Source of the DNA: Thermoplasmata archaeon
Lineage (GTDB): Archaea > Thermoplasmatota > DTKX01 > DATEUP01
Assembly (NCBI GenBank): GCA_041499475.1
Contig: JBGQKI010000005.1
Coordinates: 17,709 to 81,708 of the forward strand
DNA: 64,000 bases
Reading direction: 5' to 3'
The translations under genes and the position numbers were made by a program. This document shows, piece after piece, positions 32,401 through 41,000 of the stretch; positions within the stretch are counted from its first letter, which is position 1, and every line of letters begins with the position of its first letter. Under the pieces are notes generated by a model. The model saw nothing but the letters and a program-made list of their open reading frames with translations. It had not been told where the DNA came from and did not search any database.

Positions 32401-34790
32401 CCGCTGTCCACGTCGAGCCCGATGTCGGCCCTGTAGGTGTCCGGTCGAAGGGTAGCCCGCAGGACCGTATTCCAGTCGCTTCCCCAGTAATACATCCCGC
32501 CGGCGGTGTTCAACGCAAAACGCGAGTCCGAGACGGTATTGCGCGCACTTAGCCAAGCCTCGAAGCCCCAGGTATTCCCCGTCGCATTCACAGTGCTCAT
32601 GGTCGAATCGTTGACGCCGACGAGCAGGACCCCCGCCTGGTTGCGCGCGAGGGACGACGTCGAGGTGACGGAGAGGTTGCTCGAGTTGTCGACGACGATC
32701 CAGCCGTACGACCCGGTAAAGGTCCCGGAGCTCGCGTTCACGATCCAGAGCGGGGGAAGGCCGTTGAACGTGTTCGAGGCGTCGACGTCGTGGTTTGCCC
32801 AGCGCACCTGGATGGAGGCATCGAGCGAGAGAGCGACCGGTTGGGTCTGGTTGGGGATATTGTTCGAGCGCAGCGTCCAATAGGAGTCGCGATAGAGGAA
32901 AATTCCTTCGTTCGTGGAGTTCGTGAGCGTGTTGCCCGAAACGACCCAATAGTCGGAGTTGTCGCCGCGGATCCCCGAGTCGTGGGACGCGTTGATCACG
33001 TTGTTTTGGATCACGAGCCCGTTGACCGAGGCCCCGTAGATGGCGGTGCTCGAGTCGTTGATGCTGTTGTTCTCGATGAGCGCTCCAGCGTGGCCGTAGA
33101 GGTAGACCGCGTAGTAGTAAGTCGTGTGGTTGAAGGTGTTGTTGTGGATCCATGTGCGGTTGAGCGGCGCGGTGGCCGAGGAGAAGTACCCGTAGACGGC
33201 GTAGTAATAGACCCCGGTGAAGGTTGAGCCGCTGACGACGAAGGAAGCGGCGTAGTTTGCGTAGACGCCGTAATAGGGGCCGTTGACCGACGACCCCGAG
33301 AGGCGGTTGCCTTCGGTGTCCGTGCCGAAGTAGAAGCATGTGTTCCAGCCGGAGCACGACACGTTGGCAAAGGTGTTGAAGTGCGAGCCCGAACCCGCGC
33401 GCACGTCGACCGCGTACCCGTAGAGGGAAGTGTTGCGCCAGGTGCCGCCGTCGAAGAGGTTGTAGGAGGAGGCGTAGAGGTAGATGCCGCCGTACCAGGA
33501 CGGCGCGCGCATGTACGTCTGCGAGAAGTTCGCGAAGGTGTTGTTGTTCGACCGCTCGATGACAAAGTTCCAGCCGTTGCCCGACGAGTTGATGTCCCGG
33601 ATAGTTGAGGAGTTCGTGAAGAGGATGAACACCCCGTCGTCGAGGCCGGAGATCGTCGTGTTCACGGTCACGTTGACGCCGGTCGAGTTGACGACCGCGA
33701 GGAACGACGCGGGGCCCGAGAAGGAGCCGCCCGTCGCGTTCACGATGTACACGATGGGGACGCCGCGGATGGTGTTGCTCGTGTCGATGTCGTGCTGGAA
33801 GTAGGCGAGCACGGCCGGCGAGTTGTAGTAGAAGTACAGGGGCGAGCTCGTCGTGTTGATCAGCACGTTGCGCCAGCGCCAGCCGGTGGAGAGGCCGCCG
33901 AAGTCGAACCCTCCGTAGGAGCCTGCCTCAAGCGTGACATTGTCGAGGCTGCAGGAGTGGGTGTCATAGGAGTAAAAGGCCCAGTTCGCCGTGGCGCGGA
34001 TGGAGCCATTGTCAAACGAGCTATCCGAGAGCGTGCTGTAAATGTACACGCCGCCGTAGTTGCCTGTGGTGTTGATCCGGAAATTGGAGAAGTGCAAGTC
34101 CGCGGAGTTCTGGAGCCAAATGGCGGCCCGGCCGGTGCTCGTGAGCGTGAGGTTGGAGGCCCACGCCCCGCTGACCAGGTAGAAGTAGAGGCCGTCGTAG
34201 CTCGTGGTCGTGGTCACCGAGATCGACCACATGTGGATGTTGTAGAGGGGGTTGCCCACAAAGTCAAATCCGCCGTAGCCGCAGCTCGACGCGTCGATGT
34301 CGTGCATGATCCAGTCGTGGGCCTGGCGCAGGTAGATGCAGTCATAGTTGACTTGGGTGACCGTGATGTTGTCCAAGGTGCCGTTGTGGTAGCCGGCGTC
34401 GATGTACACTCCGTAGATGCCGTGCGTCAAGGTGAGGTTCTGCAAGACGACGTGGTGCCCCTGCACGGTGAAGACGGAGTTGCCAAGCGACTGGCGGTCG
34501 ATGACGACCCCGCTTCGGCTTTCGCCCTGGACCGTCACATAATTCTTGGACAGGGTGACGTTCTCGTGGTACGTCCCGTTATGGATGATCACGGTGTCAT
34601 TCGCCGCCGCGTCGTAGAGCCCCTTTTGCACCGTCATCCATTGGTGCAGTGTCGCGTTGTCCGAAGAGTACAAGGCGTCGACGTTGATCGTCGTCGCCGT
34701 CGCGCCCAATGAGAGGAAGGCGAGCGCACCAAAGGCAAGCAACGCCCCGCCGGCCAGGAGAATCAGCGGCCGGCCCCGCTCTGCCGACAT
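22119..34790 (-). CDS. Giant type-I membrane surface protein 2 (4 beta-helix super-modules + 17 Ig-like repeats + stalk + TM + conserved cytoplasmic module)
   Basis: The ORF is open from 34877 (TTG). ATG 34790 (MSAERGRPLILLAGGALLAFGALAFLSLGATA, preceded by GGGGGGAAGCGAAGG) is the likelier start, giving about 4223 aa. The beta-helix region spans nt ~29700-34700 with four recurrences of a DxDxSNT(x)NG(x)P(I/V)..(V/I)NA(T/S)G.(S/T)F(T/S)G motif. 17 x 85-aa repeats span nt 25322-29690. Then come 3 PKD-like + 2 cadherin-like + 1 Ig-like domain. The TM helix is FPLWMLLLLLAGGAVGAVGLAVSL followed by RRSR (nt ~23538-23608). The cytoplasmic module spans 22119-23415. Confidence 0.9.
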   Translation of the reverse strand: MSAERGRPLILLAGGALLAFGALAFLSLGATATTINVDALYSSDNATLHQWMTVQKGLYDAAANDTVIIHNGTYHENVTLSKNYVTVQGESRSGVVIDRQSLGNSVFTVQGHHVVLQNLTLTHGIYGVYIDAGYHNGTLDNITVTQVNYDCIYLRQAHDWIMHDIDASSCGYGGFDFVGNPLYNIHMWSISVTTTTSYDGLYFYLVSGAWASNLTLTSTGRAAIWLQNSADLHFSNFRINTTGNYGGVYIYSTLSDSSFDNGSIRATANWAFYSYDTHSCSLDNVTLEAGSYGGFDFGGLSTGWRWRNVLINTTSSPLYFYYNSPAVLAYFQHDIDTSNTIRGVPIVYIVNATGGSFSGPASFLAVVNSTGVNVTVNTTISGLDDGVFILFTNSSTIRDINSSGNGWNFVIERSNNNTFANFSQTYMRAPSWYGGIYLYASSYNLFDGGTWRNTSLYGYAVDVRAGSGSHFNTFANVSCSGWNTCFYFGTDTEGNRLSGSSVNGPYYGVYANYAASFVVSGSTFTGVYYYAVYGYFSSATAPLNRTWIHNNTFNHTTYYYAVYLYGHAGALIENNSINDSSTAIYGASVNGLVIQNNVINASHDSGIRGDNSDYWVVSGNTLTNSTNEGIFLYRDSYWTLRSNNIPNQTQPVALSLDASIQVRWANHDVDASNTFNGLPPLWIVNASSGTFTGSYGWIVVDNSSNLSVTSTSSLARNQAGVLLVGVNDSTMSTVNATGNTWGFEAWLSARNTVSDSRFALNTAGGMYYWGSDWNTVLRATLRPDTYRADIGLDVDSGSNNLTFESGDCMQFSTCIQAQYGTANLRVLNSTLNDSYYEVYSYQFFGPWVMGNTMNFSYYYQVYLGYTSSPQTQDYRISNNTMGQAYYYDIYCYFCGRGLIEDNVLSGADYGIYLYNGQGGVVARNRIYGMVSGGIEGYFSDYRVLIDNTIANAGGASAGIRIENSKFWTLRGNNITNQTAPIRLVFSVPITDIGYGMHDVDTSNTANGYPIRFFVNATGVSFTGSAGLIIATNSSGLNITATNPISRGQGGIFLLATNWSTFSSTNLSQNEWGLVSYLSNNNTFADLTVWKNSAGGASFAYSDWNRVQGGNFTPDTPYSDAGVQFDAFARNNTVSSNISGFTEDVYMSAATAFDNGVDGGSYGGAYYGIYSYAYAGTRAEHASFSDDYYYHVYIQGGGPSTGVGRIANNTMHRTNYHSVYLYSVGAGLIADNLINGSGQEGVYLYSTTGVTVARNMFTNGTDYALYGSYSSFITVTDNVVTHTHYGVYFQESRYWTFSNNSIFNLTGSQPYAVIFSSPDPVTDETLFMHTWTSDNTINGGPVRYYVNATGVTFRGPAGWIVAVNCTSMDLGSTTLMSQNYYDTLFVKAFNSTARDSASNGSHMGAALTWGADNRVVNITANATAYGIYLSNNTRATISGVYLSNATQYGLYAYLSTRLNITNSTFFRNYYGVYLEYRSQYVNITGSLFDSQGYMGIYTEATDDVRIVGNTILSSLYYGIYLGGNSGDQANRDLVSGNRMNNGGYYSAVTLYYTYSSVVENNNITNSSSVAIELSSSNANTVRGNTLRFQYYAYYLSSADSNTFQDGTISNSTWTIYLSSSADFNLFYHNNFFTANNSMYDIGTSNAFHNGYPSGGNYWSNTTHTDLYKGASQSTAGPDGINDTSLVLPYGRVDSYPLSEPWPPYVTLVGPANGTVFRAGATLDFNISFYFDTVQVALNNGTTTNLTTPFDISTGGFADGDLFVQIWANDSTGYTQQPWFLFVIDSTSPTITADGPTVGGTYAVGTQLNFTVADAHLVANVTWNNGSGFNPLTAPWDISTAGWAEGDYNITIAAWDTAGNNASSRFLFKLDSTPPVITLNSPANNSFIAVGTTIDLTVSDVHLSSVNWDNGSGPNPLSAPWDISTAGWGSATFNITVLANDTGGLSTTRVFTFTIDATAPTITLNSPLNNSVFEPGQTLDFDVSDSNLAGATWDNGSGANAFSSPYDISTSGWADGSYNVTIRANDTSGNVAVRLFHFEVDFTAPSIVVVSPANNTFISPGTTLDFAVTDAHLSGATWTNGSATNALASPFDVSTAGWLDGNYTVTVNATDVLGHTATRNLFVKIDSIAPTITLNSPSNNSYITPGTTIDLAASDANLNTVNWTTAGAPTALASPFDISTTGWADGVYTVRVNATDLAGNLRFSSFTFTVDGSPPAITLNSPANNSYIPAGTTIDLTVGDANLNAANWTAGGAPAALASPWDISTTGWLDGAYTVRVNATDLAGNLRFSSYTFTVDSTPPAVTLNSPTNNSFITPGTTVDLSVADTNLNTVNWTTGGAPTALASPFDISTTGWADGVYTVRVNATDLAGNLRFSTFTFTVDGGPPVIVLNSPANNSYITAGTTIDLAVTDGNLNGVNWTTGGAPTALVTPFDISTVGWADGVYTVRVNATDSAGNLRFSSFTFTVDSTAPSIALNSPSNGSYIVAGATIDLSVSDTNLNTVNWTVAGAPTALASPFDISTTGWADGVYTLRVNATDLAGNRRFSSYTFTVDSNPPSITLNSPANNAYIPAGTTIDLSVADANLAAVNWTTGGTPTLLVSPFDINTTGWSDGVYTLRLNATDLAGNLKSATYGFTVDSTPPTVTLASPASGATVKAGATLDFAVADANLNTVVWDNGGTPATLASPYDIVTTSWADGTYTVTVRATDLAGNSKAVAAQIVIDSTPPTITLNSPTAGAVVVAGTTIDLTVVDTNLSAVTYANGSGPFALLAPFDISTAGWPDANYTISVHATDQAGNEAWMNFSMVIDSTVPSITLVTPANGSVVRAGTLLLWTISDANLRNVSYNNGTSDVVMGAPFQINTTGYFDRNYNITLFAADLAGNSVARLFNFTVDSTPPQVQLLSPANNTWLAGGVLIDFAVTDAHLSVVNVTLDGAPLTLFAGYDYNSTNLTDGLHTFMITATDAAGNAQQLTSVFRVDKTAPRITVNPVGGSTVQAGKPWTFTITEANLQRAEWKVAGTPSFSPFVANFTLNTTGWADGFYDYVIQAVDFAGNGVQLRTNITIDSTPPAIDSLTLLSAVHYIKRGVPIVFRVSGETSTYTAVLFLRGVPVALTDDGSGRFTFTFTTEGEDNLDYDFVFRAVDAAGNQNEVTRFVLLDNTAPQLPSTFPMAYGGNEDTPFAFNGSASDFTALASELNYTWQFDPASRLQVLTSVYGQNTTWTFTDPGQYAIDIVVTDPAGNANRTIFNITIFDITPPSLSLPVTFYNVDEDTPVNINQTSIDNGNGTLNWTWRSPAANLTSFGPNITWIFTTPGLYNISVTVTDPQNNSAVGYVVVNVRDITPPEVTLIGPTVVDVLIPALFTANVTDNDPRYTVANWTYVWTFHNATRTGSDIARSSSYVGLRGETVTVELNVTDASGNWNKIVSHLTVNEPPTIGTQPPAEVATTDPWVWTPNATDPENASVTYSIVDGPPGMTIAGGSIVWTPGAGSAGNYSVTVGISDGLTTVLRQFTVYVVDPAVLAGNHKPVFDSEPPTDARVRTPYLYDIKVHDQDGDNITIVISGLDGYSYDSGTGRLSWMPPWQPEGLEVFERLVPVTITAYDGKQSSTQEFTVRFRNPPDAVPNYIALLTINDVTQGDVVRVKVSDYWHDRDDVDTNLTFVMNDSDLQVRAKVPTILGWKVEFDGVNTWLVFNVTGTGTVTFNLVARDPSNAKSENATVTVNAAVKERAAPPGFPLWMLLLLLAGGAVGAVGLAVSLRRSRAAGEVARSALETASKAPTERVIIQQAPLAAGAEKRKDTYVIEGALIIYSDGRMVFSKLDAGDVKLEDPELVSSMFSAVQSFIKDSFQAQGELNRLGFGENTILMERGTSIFMAAIIYGEPTDEFSEAMRETIRTIENAYAGIIEDWDGSTTSLEAIDQYVEPFFALTAGRSREDVKAALTEKVVKMPSELEFFQGFVRLKCGVKNDTESVITKVTVSIDFNEDVLRLHHIEPDTYKFQGSEVQLGVLNPGEKVSVAYYFDPQICTESQIDGVGRYRDAKGAVHSISMKTRKAEVVCPIFFTKEHANTAMLKRLVEGELDQRDSKVYTVTQLPEGVKWAEVFSLAKEVVLGHDVHLVRDFVVEEPYHGEAWFYGETKVKGYKIVIRASVIADGSKLEFFAASTQIRAITGLLAEFNHTLNSLIGRKYATMKLKSEFGEEIKQDIQKKSLMGKMGQSELDGGETEQEPR
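25322..29690 (-). repeat. Tandem array of 17 x ~255-bp (85-aa) Ig-like coding repeats (gene 2)
   Basis: The unit consensus is (T/S)ITLNSPANNSxIxxGTTIDLxVxDxNLxxVNWTxGGAPTALASPFDISTTGWADGVYTVRVNATDLAGNLRFSxFTFTVD(S/G)xPP. I counted 17 D-x-x-x-P boundaries between PWPPYVTLVGP and LLDNTAPQLPS. The central copies (~26885-28415) are near-identical. Confidence 0.85.
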
Positions 34791-34883
34791 CCTTCGCTTC
34801 CCCCCGGTGAGCACAGCCTGGATCGCGAGGCAATATGGGGAATTGCCTGGCCATCCAGAATATGGCGGCCACCCCAAGCACGT

Positions 34884-34898
34884 CTAATATACGTTTCG
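34884..34898 (-). promoter_or_regulatory. BRE/TATA-like box for giant gene 2
   Basis: The minus strand reads CGAAACGTATATTAGACG, about 95 nt upstream of ATG 34790. A second candidate (CCCCATATTGCC, 34829-34840) lies about 45 nt upstream, so the true promoter is ambiguous. Confidence 0.35.
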
Positions 34899-34963
34899 AG
34901 CGGGCACCGCGCCAGGAAAAGGTCGTTAAGGCGGCTTCGCCCCGCCCATTTTCGGTTTTTCGC

Positions 34964-35018
34964 AAAAGGTGGGAGAAGGCCCACCCCGGCTCGCCGCGGC
35001 CTTGCTGGCCACAAAAAA
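34964..35018 (-). terminator. T6 run and hairpin+TTTT downstream of the giant gene 3 stop
   Basis: On the minus strand the stop TGA (35034-35032) is followed 14 nt later by TTTTTT (35018-35013). Next comes the hairpin GGTGGG-CCTTCT-CCCACC (34985-34968), immediately followed by TTTT (34967-34964). Oligo-T tracts are the usual archaeal termination signal. Confidence 0.55.
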
Positions 35019-35031
35019 GGGGTCCGCCTGC

Positions 35032-38000
35032 TCAGAGGCCGCCGCCGCCTTTGCCCTCGTCGTCGGGCTCGGGGGTGTCGCGATCGCCCTTGGCGCCGCC
35101 GTCACCCTTGGGCTCGATGGCCGGAGGCAAAGGAGCCCCGGAGGCGCCCTCGCCCGCCTGCTCCGTCTCGCCGCCGGCAAGGTCCGCGCTCGACATCGTC
35201 GACATCAAGGTCCGCTTCTCGATCTCGGCCTTCGCCTGGCTGTCGAAGATCTGCGCGATCTTGAGGTCGCTGTACTTCTCGATGACCATCGAGTTCAGCG
35301 TGTGGTTGAATTCCGCCAGCAGCCCCGTGATCGCCTTCATGTTCGTGGAGGCCGCGAAGAACTCGATCGCGTTGGTCTCCTCGATCACCGTCGCGCGGAT
35401 GACGATCTTGTAACCCTTGACCTTCGTCTCGCCGTAGAACCACGCCTCGCCGTGGAACGGGTTGTACTTGGTGAACTCGCGCACCATCTGGACGTCGTGC
35501 GCGTTCACGACGCTCTTGATGAGGTCGAAGACGTCCTTGTGCTTGATGTACGGCGGGATCTTCTGGATCTCGAAGACCTTCGAGTCCTTCTCGCCAAGCT
35601 CGGCCTCCACGAGGCGCTTGAGCATCGCCGTGTTGGCGTGCTCCTTCGTGAAGAAGAGCGGGCACACGACCTCCGCCTTGCGCGTCTTCATCGCAACCGT
35701 GTAGAGGACCCCCGAAGCGTCGCGGTAGCGGCAGACTCCGTCGATCTGCGACTCCGTGCAGATCTGCGGGTCGAAGTAGTACGCGACCGACGACTTCTCG
35801 CCGGGGTTCAGCACGCCGAGCAGCACCTTCGCCCCCGCAGTGCGGTAGGCCGCAGGCTCCACGCGCGCGAGCCGCAGGACGTCTTCGTTGTACTCGATGT
35901 CGACCGTCGCCTTCGTGATCACGGAGGGTGTGTTGTTCTTGATCCCGCACTTGAGGCGGACGAAGCCCTGGAAGAACTCGAGTTCCGACAGCATGAGCAC
36001 TTCCTGCTTTGTCGTGGCAAGCTGCACTTCGCGGCGCGTGATGCCGGCGGTGAGCGAGGTGATGCCCACGAGCTTCACCTCCATGTCCGAGAAGTGGTCC
36101 ATCATCCCGTCCCACTCCTCGATCATGCCGGCGTAGGAGAGCTCAAGGTTCTCAATGGCCGCCTTCATCTGGTCGTGGAATTCCTGGTCGGGCTCGCCGT
36201 AGACGATTGCGGCCATGAAGACACTGCGCCCGCGCTCGATGATGATCTGGTTGTCGCCATAGCCCATCTTGTTCAGCTCGCCCTCAGACTGGAACGAGTC
36301 CTTGATGAACGAGGTCACGGCGGTGAACATCGACGAGACAAGCTCGGGGTCCTCGAACTTCGCCTGGCCCATGTCCGTCTTGGCGTAGAGCATCCGGCCG
36401 TCCTTGTAGATGACAAAGAGGCCTTCGATCGTGTAGGTGATCTTCTTCTCGGCCGGGCCGGCCGCGAGGGCGGCAGCCGCGCTTGCAGCCGCGGCGGCTT
36501 GGCCCGTGAGGACGACCGTGCCGGCCTCGCCGGCGATGGTGGGCGCCGCGACCCCCGAGACGATCTGGGCTTTGGCCGCGGCCGCACCCTCGCGCCGCTT
36601 CTTGTTGCGCCCACGGACGAGGAGGAAGAAGCCGGCGGTGCCGGCTGCCACCGCAAGGCCAAGGAGCGGAAGGAGGCCGATGGTGCCCTCGCTGCCTGCC
36701 GGGCTGCCGGGCGGGGCCGTCACCCGGACGGTGATGTCGCGCGTCGCGTTCCCGCCGGAGGCGTCAGAGACCTTGATCCGCACCGTGGCGTTCCCGACCT
36801 GCAACCCGGCCACCACGAGGTCCGCCCCGGCCGAGGTCTTCTCGACCCGCGCGGAGGCCACCGACGAACTCACGAAGGTCACCTCATAGAGCAGGCCGGA
36901 AACGGCGTCGTCCTGGTCCTGGACGTGGAGCTCCAGGTGTTCGATGATCTGCTGGTCCTTCTCGACGGCGAGGGACGCCCACGCTTGCGGGCCGTCGATC
37001 GTTGGGGCGTGGTTTCCGCCCGGCCGCCAGCGGATGGTGTAATTCTGATAAACGGTGTTGTACCCGTCCCAGACCGACACGTTGACCGTCCAAGTTTGCT
37101 GCGGGCTCAACGAGGTCACGCCGTGGACCCATGTGATCAGGCCCGTCACGCGGTCGATGCTCATGCCCGCGGGGTACACCACCAGCGCGTAGTACAGGAC
37201 GTCGTTGCTCGGGTCTTCCGCATTCACATCGTAGGTGTACATCACGCTCGGCAGGACTTCCTGGACGGGCGTCGACTTGATTTCGGGCGGCAGGTTCGTC
37301 GCGCTCGGCGGCAGCGACACATTCGCGGCCGTGACGATCGTGGTGGTCGCCCACCCGTCCGACAAGGTGAGGTTCCAGTCCTTGGGGCCATACCCGGTCG
37401 GAGTCCACCGGATGTGCACAACGCGGGGCGCGGTTAGCGTTTGGGTCACGGCCCATGGTGTCGAGGCAAACGAGATGTTGATCGAGTCCCCGGCGTCGCT
37501 GTCGGCGACCACCAGGTCGAGGTCGTAAGTTGTGCCCGAGACCATGGCCTGGGGTAGCGCCGTCTGGAGGGCCGGGACGTCATTGATGTACACGGCGAAC
37601 TCGCGCGAGGCCGCATTTCCCGAGGAGTCCCGCGCGGTGAGGTTCACGACGAACGCCCCCGGCAGCGGGAAGATGTGGTGAGCGCTTGACCCGGTGAGCG
37701 TGTCGACCGTTGACCCGGCCGCCTTCACCAACCATGTGTACGTGATGAGCGACACGTTCTCGAGGTCGTTGTCGCTGACCACCGACGCGTCAAAGGTGAG
37801 GTTGTCGCCCGCGTTGGCGCGCCCCGCGATGCTGACGCCCGAAAGGACCGGGGCCGTCCGGTCGCGGACGCGCACGACCACCGAACTCGCGTTCGAGAGA
37901 CCTGCCGGGTCGACGACCGTAAGCCGGACGGTGTACAGGCCGGGGTTTGCAAACACATGCGTAAGGTCGAGGCAGGGGTAGAGCGCCCCCACGCCGGAGG

Positions 38001-41000
38001 ACGGGAGCGGGAAGTTTACCGAAGCGCCGGCGGAGTCAACGATGTCGTATGAAGCGCCGCCGCAGTTGGAGGTGTTGCGCAGGAACAAGTAGTCGTTGTC
38101 GCGGCTCAGGTCGCCCACGAACGCGACCGATGTGTCCTCATCAACGGTCGCATTCACAAGCAGGGAAACCGTGGGCGGCGTGGCGTCCGCGATGTGCACG
38201 CTGTAAGTGCGCGCGTCGGAGTTGCCGGCAAGGTCGGTGATCGCAAGGGTGTACGCGTAATCGCCTGGGTCGGCCCACCTATAGGTCGGCATCGAACCGG
38301 TGCGCTGGTCGAGCGCAAGCGGGCCCGCGCGCGTGGAGAACGTCCACAAGAAACTCCCGGGGGGCAAGGGATTCGGGCCGTCCGAGGCCGACGACGCGTC
38401 GAGCGTGATGTCGCGGTCCTCGTCGTATGTCTGGTTGAGGGGCAGGGCGCTCACGGAGGGCAAGCTCGGTTTGCTGCTGTCGATCACGATCGTGATGTTC
38501 GTGTCCACGCGGTGACCGGCGGGGTCGCGCACGATGAAGTGCACGAGGTACCTGCCGTCGGGCCATGATGTGGTGTCGACCGAACGCGGCATCCCCGTGC
38601 CGTTCGCCGCAAGGAGGGCCCCGCCGTCGCGCTGCCAGGTAACGTTGATCGCGTTGTTGTCCGTGGCCGTAATGTTGAGGAGCGTGCCGCGGGGCACATG
38701 GGCCCCGTCCGCGGGGTCGGTCACCGCGATTACCGGGTCGAGCGAGTCGATTGCAAAGGCGAAGTCGCGCGTGGTCAGGTGGCCCGCGCGGTCGAACGCC
38801 TCCACATGGAGCGTGTGCGAGGACTCGCCAAGGCCCGCCGTGGAGAGCGAATAGTTCTGGGCGGAGCCGTTCACGCCGGCCGCCGCGTCGATGTAGGCGT
38901 GCGACCAAAGCAGGTTCAGGTCGAAGAGCGTCCCGCTGAGCACCGTCCCGTTCGAGAAGTAGGTGTTCTCCCAAGCCACGGCATTGACCACGGGCGCCAC
39001 GCTGTCGAGCGTGAAGCTGAACCAGCGCGTGACGGAGTTGCCCGCCCGGTCGGTCGCGACCACCGTGAAGGTGTACGCGCCGTCGGGCCAGGCAGACACG
39101 TTAATCGCAAAGGGCGCCGCAAGGGGCGTGGGTGCCGCGCCGGTTGTCCAGGTCGCGGTGGAAAGGGCGGCTTCGATGACGTCAAATTGCACCGTCGTGA
39201 AATTGCGCTGGTCAAAGTAGCTGTTGTTGGTCTGCGTGGTCGCGTTGAGCTGGATGATGGGCTTCGTCGAGTCCACCCAGAAGCGGTAGTAACGCAGGCG
39301 CACGTTGCCGGCCAAGTCGCTTGCCCGGACGGTGATGTTGTACGAGTTGTCTGCCCAGCCGGCCGTGGGGATCTCCCACTGCGTTGCAAATGCCTGCGGG
39401 CCAGCGCCGTTTGCTTCCCAAGAAGTCTGGTCGAGGTTCGCGTCGGAGATCGTGAGGTTGACGACCGTGCCGGCGACGATGTACGTGTCATTCGTCGGCC
39501 CGTTGAGGTTTAACGTGGGCAGCGTCGAGTCGATCGTGAAGTGGAAAAAGCGCGTCTTCACGTTAGAGGCGAGGTCGGCCGCCGACACCGTGAGATTGCG
39601 CGGGCCGTCCGGCCAGCCCCCCGTCGAGATGTTCCAGTTGGTCGCAAACGGCTGGGCGCCCGATCCGTCGTCCCAGGTCGCGGTGTTGAGGTTCGTGTCG
39701 CTGATCGTGAAGTTGATGAGGACGCCCGCCTCGAACACGGAGTTGTTCGAGGGCGCGAGCAGGTTCAGCACGGGGAAGATGGAGTCGATCGTGAAATGGA
39801 AGATGCGCGTCTTCACGTTGGAAGCGAGGTCGTCTGCGGTGACCGTGATGTTGACCGGGCCCTCCGCCCAACCGGTCGTCGAGATGGTCCACTGTGCGGC
39901 AAAGCTCTGGGCGCCGGTGCCGTCGTCCCACGTGGCAGTGTCGAGGTTCGTGTCCGTGATGCTGAGGTTCAGCAGCGTGCCGGACGGAATGTAAGAGTTG
40001 TTCGTGGGCGAGCTCAGCGTCACCGACGGAACGGCTGAGTCGATCGTGAGGTGGAAGGTCCGCGAGCGCAGGTTGCCCGCCAAATCGGTCGCGTCGACGC
40101 TGATGTTGATGGGGCCGTCCGCCCAGCCGACCGTCGAGATATTCCACTGGGTGGCGAACGTCGTCCCGCCCCCGCCGTTGTCCCACGTGGCGGTGTTGAG
40201 GTTCGTGTCGCTGATCGAGAAATTGAGCTGCACGCCGGGGCGGATGAACGAGTTGTTCGAGGGCGAGAGCAAGGAGACCGTCGGCAGCACCGAATCGAAA
40301 GTGAAATGGAACACGCGGATGCGCTGGAGCGACACTGCGTCGGTGGCGGTCACGGTGATGTTCGTCGGTCCGTCGGGCCAGCCTGAAGTCACGATATCGA
40401 AGGGCGAAGCCAGCGCGTTCGGGCCGGAGCCGTTGTCCCAGGTGACCGTGAGCGTGGTCAGGTCCGTGACCAAAAGGTCAAGCGTGGCGCCCGCGCGGAT
40501 GTAGGAGTTGTTCGAGGGCGAGAGCAAAGTGACCGTGGGGGGGGTCGTGTCGAAGGTGTACCGCAGGACGACGGTGCGCACGTTGCCCGCAAGGTCGGTG
40601 GCGATCACCGTGACGTTGTAGACGCCGTCGGCCCATCCGCTCGTGCTGATGTCAAAGGGCGACGCGAGCGTGTTGGCCCCGCTCCCGTTGTTCCAGGTAG
40701 CGCCCTGGAAATTCGCGTCGGTCACCGTTAGGTCGATCGTGGTGCCCGCGAGGATGATGGAGTTGTTCGAGGGCGTCACCACGCTGATCGTCGGGGGCGT
40801 CGCATCGAAGACGAAGTGGAAGGTGGCGGCGCGCGTGTTGCCGGCCCGGTCGGTGGCCGTGACGGTCACATTCTTGGGGCCCTCCGGCCAGCCGACGGTC
40901 GACACATCAAAGGGCGAGGGCAGCGCGTTGGCTCCCGACCCGTTGTTCCACGACACGGTGTTCAGGTAGAGGTCGGAGGCGTCGAAGTCCAAGTCCGTCC

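Noticed and set aside
34969-37437. An 822-aa plus-strand ORF, and many similar 100-650-aa ORFs, running antisense through the giant genes (for example 14943-16676, 24489-26123, 41006-42958, 45067-46314).
   Set aside because: Their products are Arg/Gly/Val/Asp/Pro-rich with no motifs. They lie exactly opposite frames that encode recognisable domains (PKD, Ig-like, beta-helix, TM). Long antisense shadow ORFs are expected in high-GC DNA, where stop codons are rare.
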